Virus record (IMG/VR): IMGVR_UViG_3300045988_112906
DNA length: 64,000 bases
From: a virus
Reading direction: 5' to 3' (one strand)
In this document: positions 20,089-29,328 of the stretch, one piece after another
How the letters are laid out: each line of letters starts with the position of its first letter
How positions within the stretch are numbered: the first letter of the stretch is position 1
Notes under the pieces: model-generated
Told to the model about the DNA's origin: nothing
Seen by the model: the letters and a program-made list of their open reading frames with translations, nothing else
The model's database searches: none
Made by a program: the position numbers and the translations under genes

Positions 20089-21093
20089 TTAACCCCAGAA
20101 TCCTGCACCGTTGGCAGCATTCAGTCCGTACAAACCTGCCTGATAAGCCACGCAGTTAGGAACCGCAGTAAATGGGCTGTAAGGAGTGGTTACAGTCTCA
20201 GGCAACTTACACTTGATGCCAGCTACCTCGCTCTGAAGACCGGCAAGTACCGCATTGATAGGTGCTACTGCCTGACCCACAATCTGAGAGGTCATTGCCG
20301 AAGACTTGAAGGTGCTATTCTCCTCACGCAGAGAATCAATCTTGTTCTGCATCTCACGCATCTCTGCCTGCTTCTGACCGTCAACGATGGTCTGAGTGCT
20401 TTCCTTGATAGCGTTGTGCAAATCACAAGTCTGGTCCTTAGTAGCATAAGCAAGAGAAGAAGCTGCTCGCTCCTGACCTACTGCCACGTTGTTGATGGCA
20501 TTCTGCAAGGTTCCAGTCTGCTGACACATCGCCAACTTGATATTGCCGTCCATGGCGGTAATGTTGTTGTTGGTCTTGCAGCAGCATTCTGCCAACTGGG
20601 TAGCGATTGCGTTGTTACCCTGCATGATGGCAGTCAATACCTGATTAGCTGTCATGCCCATCTGGTTGCCGACACCACAAATCTCATTGCTTACACCATT
20701 GATGGCAGCGATAACGTTACCGGTAGTGGTGTTGAGAGCTGTAGCGAGAGACTGAACATCGTAGCCATTGCGCTGAACTGCCTGCATGATAACAGCCGTA
20801 TTGGCATCGTTGTTAATCATAGGAGCAACACCGCCCTGTCCGTTAGGCATGAAGCCACCACCGTTGGCACCGCCGAAGAAGTTGCCTCTACCCATGATAA
20901 TGAAGAGAAGCAGGATGGCAAACAAATCATTGCCCCATCCGCCACCATTGCCCTTGCCGTTACAGAGAGCAATCAAACTTGGATCTACACCCTGCTTCTG
21001 CATGAGTGCTGGGAGCATAGCGAGAATGCTATTCAAACCGCCGCCTTGGCTGGTTCCGTTCTCCCCGAATACGTAAGTTTTCGATTCTGACAT
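20089..21093 (-). CDS. Gly-rich protein with one TM segment and a long Asn/Ala/Gln-rich helical region
   Basis: GGGWGNDLFAILLLFIIMGRGNFFGGANGGGF. ATG 21093 is preferred, because the tracked start at 21123 is GTG. Confidence 0.65.
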   Translation of the reverse strand: MSESKTYVFGENGTSQGGGLNSILAMLPALMQKQGVDPSLIALCNGKGNGGGWGNDLFAILLLFIIMGRGNFFGGANGGGFMPNGQGGVAPMINNDANTAVIMQAVQRNGYDVQSLATALNTTTGNVIAAINGVSNEICGVGNQMGMTANQVLTAIMQGNNAIATQLAECCCKTNNNITAMDGNIKLAMCQQTGTLQNAINNVAVGQERAASSLAYATKDQTCDLHNAIKESTQTIVDGQKQAEMREMQNKIDSLREENSTFKSSAMTSQIVGQAVAPINAVLAGLQSEVAGIKCKLPETVTTPYSPFTAVPNCVAYQAGLYGLNAANGAGFWG

Positions 21094-21137
21094 AATAAAT
21101 GATAGATTAATCGTTTCGTTCACTATTGAACTTGGTG

Positions 21138-21145
21138 CAAAGTTA
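21138..21145 (-). promoter_or_regulatory. -7 box (TAACTTTG) for the leftward 21093-18033 operon
   Basis: The reverse complement of caaagtta fits TAnnTTTG. Confidence 0.4.
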
Positions 21146-21312
21146 CGAAGATGTTAGCGTCCTGCCTAACTATGCTCAAAATAAAGTTTTTGCTAGTTAG
21201 AATGCTGTTTTTCAATGATTTACGATGAGCAAGTTGATGCTCATTAATTTAGCATTTTTCTAAACTAGGAAGAAAACGAGCTTCTGTCGGTACAACCTAT
21301 CGTATTTTTTCG

Positions 21313-21320
21313 TACTTTTG
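21313..21320 (+). promoter_or_regulatory. -7 box (TACTTTTG) for the Zorya-like operon
   Basis: TAnnTTTG match 22 nt upstream of ATG 21342. Confidence 0.5.
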
Positions 21321-21341
21321 CAGGAAAAATCGCTTAAAATT

Positions 21342-22850
21342 ATGACTGAACAAGGAACGAATATCGCAACATTGATTTGCTGCATCATTATCGGTGGCGC
21401 ATTCTTAGTCTTCTTTTATATCACCAAGACAGCGAAAGAAGACTTTCTATTGAAACACAAGAGAACGGTTGATGCTTTCCCTTCAATCATTTCTACTCTT
21501 GGAGTTTTGGGAACATTCTTAGGAATCACAATAGGATTATCAGGTTTTGATGTGAACGACTTAACACGTAGTATTCCTATTCTTCTTGGTGGATTGAAGA
21601 CAGCATTCTACACTTCGCTTGGCGGTATGTTAGGTTCCCTTATTCTACGTCATTTCTGTACAGATATTAAGTTTGACAAAGAAGATGGAGGTGTCTCTTC
21701 TACTGATGCAGCAATCAGAGAGTTGGGAAAAGGTGTGCGAGAAATGAGTTCTACCCTAGTTACTACCTTAATCCAAAACAGAAACGAAATGAAGCAGATG
21801 GGTATGGCGCAGGCATCATTCTTTAATCAGATTTTAGAGATAAACAAATCGCTTGTTGGCTCTGCAACTAATATTGATACCAAGCTAGCTCGTATCTCTT
21901 TGGTTGAAGGAGAACAGACTGCCACACTTAACACGCTGGCTTCTCATGCTTCTAATTTTGAAGCCAGCAATAAGCGCCTTGAGGAATCCTTGGGAGAAAT
22001 TGTTGATGCACAATCGGCAAACACTTCTACATTTGACGAAATGAACGAGGAACTTAAGAAGTTCAGCCAGATTTTACGTTCAGAGGTAGATGAAATCGAA
22101 GATAAGATGGAAAGTACCAATAAACTTCTTACCAACAAGTTTGACGAGTTCAGCGAACTGCTTAAGAAGAGCAATACAGAAGCTTTGGTTAATGTCATGA
22201 AGAAGGTAACAGAAGAGTTCCAGAAGCAGATGAACGACCTTATCAGCAGATTGGTACAAGAGAACTTTGCTAAGCTGAATGAAAGTGTTGAGAAGCTGAA
22301 CACATGGCAGGAAGAAAATAAGACTATGATAGAAAGCTTGACTAAGCAGTATCACCAGATGGAGCAGGACTTTGAAGGTACATCTACTGTGATGCTTGAC
22401 GTTTCCAACTATGCAAACCAACTTGTTGGAAACGGTGGAAAGTTGGCTCAGTTGGTATCAGTTCTTAAAGAAGTAATGGTTGACGATCAGAAATTTATAG
22501 AAATTTCTAGAAACCTTTCCGAGTCTGCTTCGCTTGCTAAAGACGGAATGGAGAAACAGGATGCTATTACAAATAAGCTCAATGAATGGGTTCAAGGTGT
22601 TCAAGTTTTCAAGGATGATGTTCAGCGCCTTATCAATAAGCTCGAAGAGTTGGATAGAATAAGAAACTACAACGAACAGTTCTGGCAAGGCACAAAGAAG
22701 AGCTTGGAAGAAGGTGTCGGTATTATTCAGAGCGGAAGCGAAGAGCTGAATAAGCAAATTCTGAATATAGATAAGAGTTTCTACAATAGATTAAGTGCAA
22801 CATTGGCTAGTCTTGATAACTTGATTGCAACGATGTTAGATAGACACTAA
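21342..22850 (+). CDS. zorA: ZorA-like protein: MotA/ExbB/TolQ-like 3-TM channel domain plus a ~350-aa coiled-coil tail
   Basis: Three TM helices containing LGTFLGITIGL and LKTAFYTSLGGMLGSLIL, then a long heptad-rich region. Followed by a MotB-like gene. Confidence 0.7.
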   Translation: MTEQGTNIATLICCIIIGGAFLVFFYITKTAKEDFLLKHKRTVDAFPSIISTLGVLGTFLGITIGLSGFDVNDLTRSIPILLGGLKTAFYTSLGGMLGSLILRHFCTDIKFDKEDGGVSSTDAAIRELGKGVREMSSTLVTTLIQNRNEMKQMGMAQASFFNQILEINKSLVGSATNIDTKLARISLVEGEQTATLNTLASHASNFEASNKRLEESLGEIVDAQSANTSTFDEMNEELKKFSQILRSEVDEIEDKMESTNKLLTNKFDEFSELLKKSNTEALVNVMKKVTEEFQKQMNDLISRLVQENFAKLNESVEKLNTWQEENKTMIESLTKQYHQMEQDFEGTSTVMLDVSNYANQLVGNGGKLAQLVSVLKEVMVDDQKFIEISRNLSESASLAKDGMEKQDAITNKLNEWVQGVQVFKDDVQRLINKLEELDRIRNYNEQFWQGTKKSLEEGVGIIQSGSEELNKQILNIDKSFYNRLSATLASLDNLIATMLDRH

Positions 22851-22861
22851 ACAGAATCATT

Positions 22862-23560
22862 ATGGCAAAAAATAATATATGGATGTCTGTTTCTGACCTT
22901 ATGACAGGATTGATGGTGATATTTTTGTTTGTTGCCATTGCCTATATCAGTAAGGTTCAGGAACATTCGGTAACGCTGAAAGATTACGTGGAGGTGAAAG
23001 AAAATCTTCACGACAAACTGGTAAGCAAGTTTGAAGGAGATACTGCTAAATGGCAAATGACCATTGGTAGCGATTTGTCAATGAAGTTCAAGAATGCTTC
23101 TGTACTTTTTCAGCAGGGTTCAGATCAGCTTTCTCCTGAGTTCAAAAAGGTTCTTGCGGACTTCTTGCCAAGGTATTTTGATATACTTTTGAATGACAGT
23201 TTACGAAACCATATAACAGAAATTCGCATCGAGGGGCATACGGACGACTGGGGTTATCCACAGCTTGATAAAGACCCTTATATTGCAAATGTTATCCTCT
23301 CGCAGAAACGTGCACTGAATGTCCTTCGCTTCTTCCGTTCTCTGCCAGAGTTTCAGAAATACACTCCAAAAGAGAAGGCGTTGCTGGAATATTGGTTTAC
23401 GGCAAATGGTCTTTCATACGGCAAGGCTTTGGATTCAAAAGGTGAATACATTCATGACAGCCATAACAAAATCGACTTAGCTAAGTCTAGACGAGTAGAG
23501 TTCAGAATTATTACTGATAGCGAAAAGCTTCTGGAGAATTTTGTTGGCAAAAACAAATAA
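22862..23560 (+). CDS. zorB: ZorB-like protein: MotB-type TM helix plus an OmpA-like peptidoglycan-binding domain
   Basis: SVSDLMTGLMVIFLFVAI carries a TM-embedded Asp. EGHTDD...NVILSQKRALNV...RRVEFRI fits the OmpA-like motif. Confidence 0.75.
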   Translation: MAKNNIWMSVSDLMTGLMVIFLFVAIAYISKVQEHSVTLKDYVEVKENLHDKLVSKFEGDTAKWQMTIGSDLSMKFKNASVLFQQGSDQLSPEFKKVLADFLPRYFDILLNDSLRNHITEIRIEGHTDDWGYPQLDKDPYIANVILSQKRALNVLRFFRSLPEFQKYTPKEKALLEYWFTANGLSYGKALDSKGEYIHDSHNKIDLAKSRRVEFRIITDSEKLLENFVGKNK

Positions 23561-23573
23561 TTAAATAATTATT

Positions 23574-24416
23574 ATGGAAGAGGAACCATTGATTAATTTT
23601 AGTGCACTTAGAGATAAACTAATAGCATTGGGATTTCATATAAAGGAGCCAAAAGGAAAAGGCGGCTATAGCGAGGTTGAATCACAAGATGTTACTCTTG
23701 GAGATATACAAAATGGAACATTAAAGATTGATAAAACCGGTATCTTTAATATTGATCCTGACACAGGAGAAGAACAACGTATTTTTCTGTATAAAAGAAA
23801 ATACAATCTCAAAAGGTTTGGAAAGCCAAGATACCATATTTGCAAATGTCAAACCATAGAAGATTTTATGAATGCTGCTGGTGCCATCCCAGAATACAGG
23901 AAAGCAAATAAAATGCCCGTGTGGGTTATTGATACTAGTGACAATAACAAAGATAAACAGATAGATAATCTACCTCTTTGTAAAAATTGTGCAGCCATTT
24001 TAGGCAACATTAATAAAAACACTACTTCAAATGAATTTGTTGAAATTTTAAAAAAGGCATATAAAGCTCCTAGTAAACCGGGAGAAAAGATAGAAGTCGA
24101 TGTTAATGGCTATACTAGAGATTGGAGGGAGATCAGTAAAAAGTATCGAGAGAAGCATAACTACACATGTGAAAGATGTGGTGTAAAAGTTATGAATCCG
24201 TTCGAAAGTGAGTTTATGCAGACTCATCATCGAAATGGCAACAAGACTGACAATCGTGAAAACAACCTGGAGTGTCTTTGCATTAAGTGCCATTCCGAAG
24301 TTGATGATACCCATAGAAGAAATTTCAACACTCTAGCCCAGCAAGGTATCATCCAAGAGTTTCTGCTGAAATATGGTACGGAACGCTTTAAAGGAAAAAG
24401 TGGGGAGTTGTTTTAA
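23574..24416 (+). CDS. zorE: ZorE-like HNH endonuclease
   Basis: CERCG...THHRNGNKTDNRENNLECLCIKCH is an HNH motif with a Zn-binding CxxC pair. It is the third gene of the operon. Confidence 0.7.
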   Translation: MEEEPLINFSALRDKLIALGFHIKEPKGKGGYSEVESQDVTLGDIQNGTLKIDKTGIFNIDPDTGEEQRIFLYKRKYNLKRFGKPRYHICKCQTIEDFMNAAGAIPEYRKANKMPVWVIDTSDNNKDKQIDNLPLCKNCAAILGNINKNTTSNEFVEILKKAYKAPSKPGEKIEVDVNGYTRDWREISKKYREKHNYTCERCGVKVMNPFESEFMQTHHRNGNKTDNRENNLECLCIKCHSEVDDTHRRNFNTLAQQGIIQEFLLKYGTERFKGKSGELF

Positions 24417-24433
24417 CGCCCCCACTCTTTTAT
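24400..24433. terminator. Hairpin between convergent genes
   Basis: A GTGGGG...CCCCAC stem overlapping the zorE stop codon, followed by TCTTTTA. Confidence 0.45.
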
Positions 24434-24468
24434 TATAAAGTCAGCGACTTAGAGTTCTTTTTTCTCAA

Positions 24469-25455
24469 TTACTTATATTTATTCATTTCAATATTATTGA
24501 CAATGATATTAGTCAATCCTTTTTTGTAAAGTGTGCGGATGGCAGCTTGAGCATCAGTAGATGGAATGTAACCATTAGGGCATCTCACAACAATCTTCTT
24601 AACTTTATTGTCATGTTGAGAACTTAAAGAATCTGCATCCAGTGTACAAGTAGATTGGTCAATAAACATATTATCCACATCAGAATGTGAAGCAAATCCT
24701 AACTGGTCTAATGTGGTATCTATAGCAAGAAGATACGCATTGGTTCTTTTCCCCTTTGTCCAAGTTAGTTTTGGATAAGGAACTGTTACATAACGAACAG
24801 AGGATGGGACATCTGCTAGGTCACCTGATATTCCACTATTGCGAATAGTAAATGCCCAGTCTTTATTCTCTGTCAAATTTAACTTTGCTACATCTGCTAT
24901 TTTTCCAGTAATATTCTTGCAAGATGCAATCTGCATAGTTGTGGTAGAACTTGGAAGGTTGCTGATGTCAAGATATAAGTCTGGACATGAACCTATAATC
25001 AAATCTGTTACCTGCGAATGTTTTACCAAATCGTTAATATCTCCTTTGAAGTTAGACGAAATTCTTAATTTCTTTAGCCCTGTAAGCCATGTCAATTTTG
25101 ACAAATCCATCTTGTCTTTATCTGAGAAAAGGCAAGAACCGTCATTTTTAATATTTAAAACAGTCACTGATTCCTTTGGAATTATGCTTAGCGTAAATTT
25201 CTTATCAGACAGAATATTCTTAGTTTTTTCAGTCTTTACATCCAAGGTTGTACTTCCATCAATGAAAGTTACTCCATCTGTACTAATTATTTTTATAGTC
25301 GCATTGCTGTTTGTGTCAACAATCCCCCATTCACTACCACAAACTCTAAACTGCTCATCGCTTTTTCCATAGCAATGGAGCTTTATTTCATTGAACTTTA
25401 AAAGTTTGTCGTTGCCAACTAAATGTGTCAACGTTTTTTTAAGACATTTATTCAT
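24469..25455 (-). CDS. Leucine-rich-repeat-like protein in the tail-fibre module
   Basis: Repeated segments such as LxxLxL/IxxC...ITG (e.g. LKKLRISSNFKGDINDL, DLIIGSCPDLYLDISNL). Lies immediately downstream of the tail-fibre gene. Confidence 0.55.
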   Translation of the reverse strand: MNKCLKKTLTHLVGNDKLLKFNEIKLHCYGKSDEQFRVCGSEWGIVDTNSNATIKIISTDGVTFIDGSTTLDVKTEKTKNILSDKKFTLSIIPKESVTVLNIKNDGSCLFSDKDKMDLSKLTWLTGLKKLRISSNFKGDINDLVKHSQVTDLIIGSCPDLYLDISNLPSSTTTMQIASCKNITGKIADVAKLNLTENKDWAFTIRNSGISGDLADVPSSVRYVTVPYPKLTWTKGKRTNAYLLAIDTTLDQLGFASHSDVDNMFIDQSTCTLDADSLSSQHDNKVKKIVVRCPNGYIPSTDAQAAIRTLYKKGLTNIIVNNIEMNKYK

Positions 25456-25457
25456 AA

Positions 25458-27650
25458 TTATTTGATTTTTATTAATTCAAAATTTCTATGTTTACCTTCT
25501 GTTGACCATTGATTTCCAAGTCGATTGAGAATCAAGGAGTCTTTTCTAAATGTCACAACTGTTAGAGCATCAAATGCTAACGAGTTAACATCATCCACAT
25601 TAGGAATGTCTGCTGCATGTCTTTGTTGCTTGTTGTTTGATGCACACACAGGATTGATGGAATATTGTTTGCCATACGAGTTGTGCTTAAAGACCAAATC
25701 ACGATGGCTATGCCCACCTATATATGCAATGAAATTTGCTTTCACATTTGTAAAGTCATAGTCTAATGAGTAAGCGTATTTGTCCGAATCTCCATTGACA
25801 TTAAGATAGGAAGCATCCGCAGTATGCCATCCAGAATGGCACATCTTTACCTTAATATTTCCTGTTGTCTTATTGTTAAAACCATTAATCAGCTCAGAAA
25901 ACAAGTCTGTTTCCATTGCATACATGCCATCGTCTTTAGCATTTAAATCCGAGCTTACGGCAAACTTATAATCCTTCACATTTGAGCTGTTTATCATCGC
26001 AGGATTGTGAGTTGCAACAACAATCCCATAACCTTCCGGAGTAGAGTTTAAGGTATCAATAAACCATCTAGCTTGTTCCGCCATGATAACCCTTGTTGCT
26101 CTTCCGCATTTATAATATGGAAGTGTATGAAGCGTATAATCAGGGTTCTGAGTATTATCAATAGTCACGACATTTTTTTTGCAGACAAAAGAATGATCTT
26201 TATATCCACCGCAGTTAATCTTATCGCCAACTGAATATGATGCTCCAGGTTTTACCATAGCAGCAGTAGAATCGTATTCTACTACATTCCAATAATCATT
26301 GTCTGCAACATCTAGAGGATTATCATACTCATACGGAACTATAAGCCTGATTTTTCTTTCTTTGAAGTCGTGATAATAATAATTTTTTCCATAAGTATAT
26401 TCACCTTCTTTAAGGATGCCCGATTCTATCATTGGTAGTATGAAATCCATAAAGATTTCATCATGAGTTGCAGCTGTATTTAAATATAAGGTGTTACCAA
26501 CATCATGATTTCCGACAACAATAAACCACGGTTTTACACAAGATGACATAACCTTAATTGTAGATTGTACTTCACTACGGTCATAGATATAATTACAAAT
26601 ATCTCCACAATGAATAATCGCATCTATGGAAGCGAAATTACTTGTTAGCTTAACTGCATTTTCTACTGGTGTAGTTTCTCCATGTGAATCTGTCACTATA
26701 CATAATTGTAAATCTTTCCCCTGTGCTTCCAAAGTGTTATATCTGCAAGCACTAAACAAGGCATCAGTATTTTGTTTGTTTCGTAAAACGACATTGCTTC
26801 CCGTGATTATTTCTTTTTGCAACTTTTCAATTTTCTCACTGAGATACGATGATAGTTTATCTATCGTCTCAGACTTCATATTGTGAGCATAGTGACTTCC
26901 GTCTTCATACGTGCCGGCAAGAACCTTGCCATCTGCATCCGTCTCCACCTCTATAAACTCGGGGTTGTCAATTACCGAATGGGCTGCTGCAACTTCGGAA
27001 TCAATCAGGGATTTGCCTTCCTCCTTGTCAACCTTAGTATCGTTCAGTTCATCAATCGTCTCAGACTTCATATTGTGAGCATAGTGACTTCCGTCCGCAT
27101 ACGTACAAGCAAGCACATTATCGTCCGCATCGGTCTCAATATTCATGAACTCTGGGGTGTTGACATAAGAAAATGGATTTTTAATAATATTATTTTCCGT
27201 GTCTCTAATTTCTGTATTGTCTGCCAAGTTGCTGAGTTTATCACTCACCGCCTTCTGACTCATTACCTTATCTTCTGCTTCACCAGACTCCTGCAAGATT
27301 GATGTCTTGTCAATTTTAGCCCCTTGCAGTTCATCGACTGCACCTTGGATATTTGCCGAGGTAAGTTGGGAAGTGGTGTTGTCGTAAGTAACAGCACTTG
27401 CAACACTGGCACCACCAGTGGCGGCGATATTCTTCAAAGTCTCTGTAATCTGATCATCACGAGTGTTGAGCTTTTTCATATTATCATCCAGCGAGGCGTT
27501 CTTTGCGTCTTGGGCAGATTTGTTGGCGGTAATCTGCTGCTGCTTGTCATTAATCTGACCCTGCAAGGCGTCTGATACGGACTTTGTGTAGGATTTGATT
27601 TTACCCCAAAAGTGCATGAGACCAGAATCGTTTAAATATTTCTTTTCCAT
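25458..27650 (-). CDS. Tail-fibre-like protein with a C-terminal calcineurin-like metallophosphoesterase domain
   Basis: Metallophosphoesterase motifs VTDSHG, HCGDI, VGNHD, VATHNP and GGHSH. The N-terminus KYLNDSGLMHFWGKIKSY is shared with the 27661 gene. Confidence 0.75.
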   Translation of the reverse strand: MEKKYLNDSGLMHFWGKIKSYTKSVSDALQGQINDKQQQITANKSAQDAKNASLDDNMKKLNTRDDQITETLKNIAATGGASVASAVTYDNTTSQLTSANIQGAVDELQGAKIDKTSILQESGEAEDKVMSQKAVSDKLSNLADNTEIRDTENNIIKNPFSYVNTPEFMNIETDADDNVLACTYADGSHYAHNMKSETIDELNDTKVDKEEGKSLIDSEVAAAHSVIDNPEFIEVETDADGKVLAGTYEDGSHYAHNMKSETIDKLSSYLSEKIEKLQKEIITGSNVVLRNKQNTDALFSACRYNTLEAQGKDLQLCIVTDSHGETTPVENAVKLTSNFASIDAIIHCGDICNYIYDRSEVQSTIKVMSSCVKPWFIVVGNHDVGNTLYLNTAATHDEIFMDFILPMIESGILKEGEYTYGKNYYYHDFKERKIRLIVPYEYDNPLDVADNDYWNVVEYDSTAAMVKPGASYSVGDKINCGGYKDHSFVCKKNVVTIDNTQNPDYTLHTLPYYKCGRATRVIMAEQARWFIDTLNSTPEGYGIVVATHNPAMINSSNVKDYKFAVSSDLNAKDDGMYAMETDLFSELINGFNNKTTGNIKVKMCHSGWHTADASYLNVNGDSDKYAYSLDYDFTNVKANFIAYIGGHSHRDLVFKHNSYGKQYSINPVCASNNKQQRHAADIPNVDDVNSLAFDALTVVTFRKDSLILNRLGNQWSTEGKHRNFELIKIK
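26863..27165 (-). repeat. Tandem ~192-nt (64-aa) duplication inside the tail-fibre gene
   Basis: atcgtctcagacttcatattgtgagcatagtgacttccgtc occurs at ~26863 and ~27055. The protein repeat reads NPEF(M/I)..ETDAD..VLA.TY.DGSHYAHNMKSETID. Confidence 0.8.
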
Positions 27651-27660
27651 ATTATGTTTA

Positions 27661-28185
27661 TTATGTTAAACCATTAATATATTCGTCTGAAATTGCAGTG
27701 AAGTCTAGGTTTGCCAGCTTCTGTTTTTCAGCCGTAGTATAATCGTTTTCCGAAAGCCCTTTACCTTCCACCTTATCTACCTTTTTCGAGAGAGCAGCAT
27801 TTACTGTTTCAGTCTTAGCGTATGACGTAAGATCAACGTCCGACTTATATTCTCCGATTTTCTCCCATTTGGTTTCATCATAAGTTTTGCTTGTATCGCC
27901 AGTATAGAGATACTCGGCATAGATATTTTTGGATGAAGTGGAAGAAGCTTTAATGAGGTAGATTCTGTTTGAAAGGATATTGCTTGTAGGCAAATACTCA
28001 ACAACCTTGAACAACGACATATCAAGATTGCCAAGCTGTGTCAGCGGTATTTTTCCATTCGCATCGAGTGAAGCTAATCCGTTGGCTTTTCCTTTTTCTG
28101 AACTTGGTATAAAGTTTTTTTCGTTGATATACGATTTTACTTTGTTCCAAAGTGTAGATAGTCCGAGTTTATCAAGATATTCCAT
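27661..28185 (-). CDS. Tail-fibre-like small protein
   Basis: MEYLDKLGLSTLWNKVKSYI parallels the N-terminus of the 730-aa fibre. ATG 28185 is preceded by GCGT. Confidence 0.65.
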   Translation of the reverse strand: MEYLDKLGLSTLWNKVKSYINEKNFIPSSEKGKANGLASLDANGKIPLTQLGNLDMSLFKVVEYLPTSNILSNRIYLIKASSTSSKNIYAEYLYTGDTSKTYDETKWEKIGEYKSDVDLTSYAKTETVNAALSKKVDKVEGKGLSENDYTTAEKQKLANLDFTAISDEYINGLT

Positions 28186-28192
28186 ACGCAAA

Positions 28193-29056
28193 CTATATTA
28201 ATACTTCTTTTACCTCATTTGGTTTCATATTAGACTGCTTGATGTTGTCAATCTCGTCTTCTACATTTCTGACTCTTGACTCTAAGGAAGCAGACGGCTG
28301 AACTGGCACAGGAACATACGTTCCGTCAATAACCTTATCTATATCTGCATCAGAAATAGAAACAAACTCATTTACCTGATTTTGAATATTCTGAATAGAT
28401 TTATCAATGTTCTGAATCTTCTCTACAAGATCTTCCGGCAAGCCAATAGCTGCAAGGAGAAGCTTCCTTAATTCCTCGGCGAGCTTGTCTAGTGTAACGG
28501 AACATTCTGCAAGCTTATCTCTTGTAACACCTTCTGTAGCTATCTTGTCCGTTGTTACCGCATCGTTTGCGATGATGTCAGACGTTACGCTGCTGTCTCG
28601 AAGTACTCTTGTATCAACAGAAGAATCTCCCAACTTTCCATTGGTTACATTCTTATCGGCAATCTTCTCAGCGGTAACACTGCCATCCTTGATTTTCCGT
28701 GTTATGACAGCATCATCTTGAAGCTTATCATAGCTTACGGATGAAAAATCTAACTTTCCGTTAGTTACAGACCGATCATCAAGCTTTTCTTCTGTTACAG
28801 ATCCATTATCAAGCTTAGATGTAGAAACAGCACCTTCAGCTAACTTCTCGGTCGTGATATTCTCATCCGCTATCTTCGAAGCCTTGATTGCTCCGTCAGG
28901 TAGCTTATCCGTAGAAACTGCACCATCAGCGAGCTTCTCGGTCGTAACATTGCCGTCACGAATCTTTTCTTTCGTGATGGCTTGGTCGTTGATGTCGTCT
29001 GTTTTCATCATCGGCACCATGCAACCTAATTTTGGATCATCTCTAAATGTAGGCAT
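28193..29056 (-). CDS. Tail-fibre protein built from about 15 copies of an 11-aa repeat
   Basis: A period-11 repeat (...GxVTxxKLxD...) spans most of the ORF. Confidence 0.7.
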   Translation of the reverse strand: MPTFRDDPKLGCMVPMMKTDDINDQAITKEKIRDGNVTTEKLADGAVSTDKLPDGAIKASKIADENITTEKLAEGAVSTSKLDNGSVTEEKLDDRSVTNGKLDFSSVSYDKLQDDAVITRKIKDGSVTAEKIADKNVTNGKLGDSSVDTRVLRDSSVTSDIIANDAVTTDKIATEGVTRDKLAECSVTLDKLAEELRKLLLAAIGLPEDLVEKIQNIDKSIQNIQNQVNEFVSISDADIDKVIDGTYVPVPVQPSASLESRVRNVEDEIDNIKQSNMKPNEVKEVLI

Positions 29057-29321
29057 ATTTGATTTCTTTTGGTTCTGATGAAGTGAATATCTGAATCTTT
29101 ATGGTTTCTGGAATCACCCGAAGACGAAGTTTGAACTCACTGGTGTTCTTGTGGGCACGGATGGGAACTCTCGGTTTCTTGCCATCGCCCCTATCCTGTC
29201 TGATTACCAGTTTTCCTGGGCGCTTTAGCTTAATCATCAGGTAGATGTCACGCTGCAAGGTTATCTCTGGGGAGACCCATGCCAGTTCTTCTTCGCTATA
29301 ATTCGTAGATACATACTCCAT
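29043..29321 (-). CDS. Virion-module hypothetical protein
   Basis: 92-aa ORF whose stop overlaps the next gene's start. Confidence 0.6.
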   Translation of the reverse strand: MEYVSTNYSEEELAWVSPEITLQRDIYLMIKLKRPGKLVIRQDRGDGKKPRVPIRAHKNTSEFKLRLRVIPETIKIQIFTSSEPKEIKYAYI

Positions 29322-29328
29322 GATTTCA

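Noticed and set aside
26863-27165. A template/variable repeat pair of a diversity-generating retroelement in the tail-fibre gene.
   Set aside because: Both copies lie inside the same ORF as an in-frame tandem duplication. The differences between them are not adenine-specific. No reverse transcriptase ORF is present in the window.
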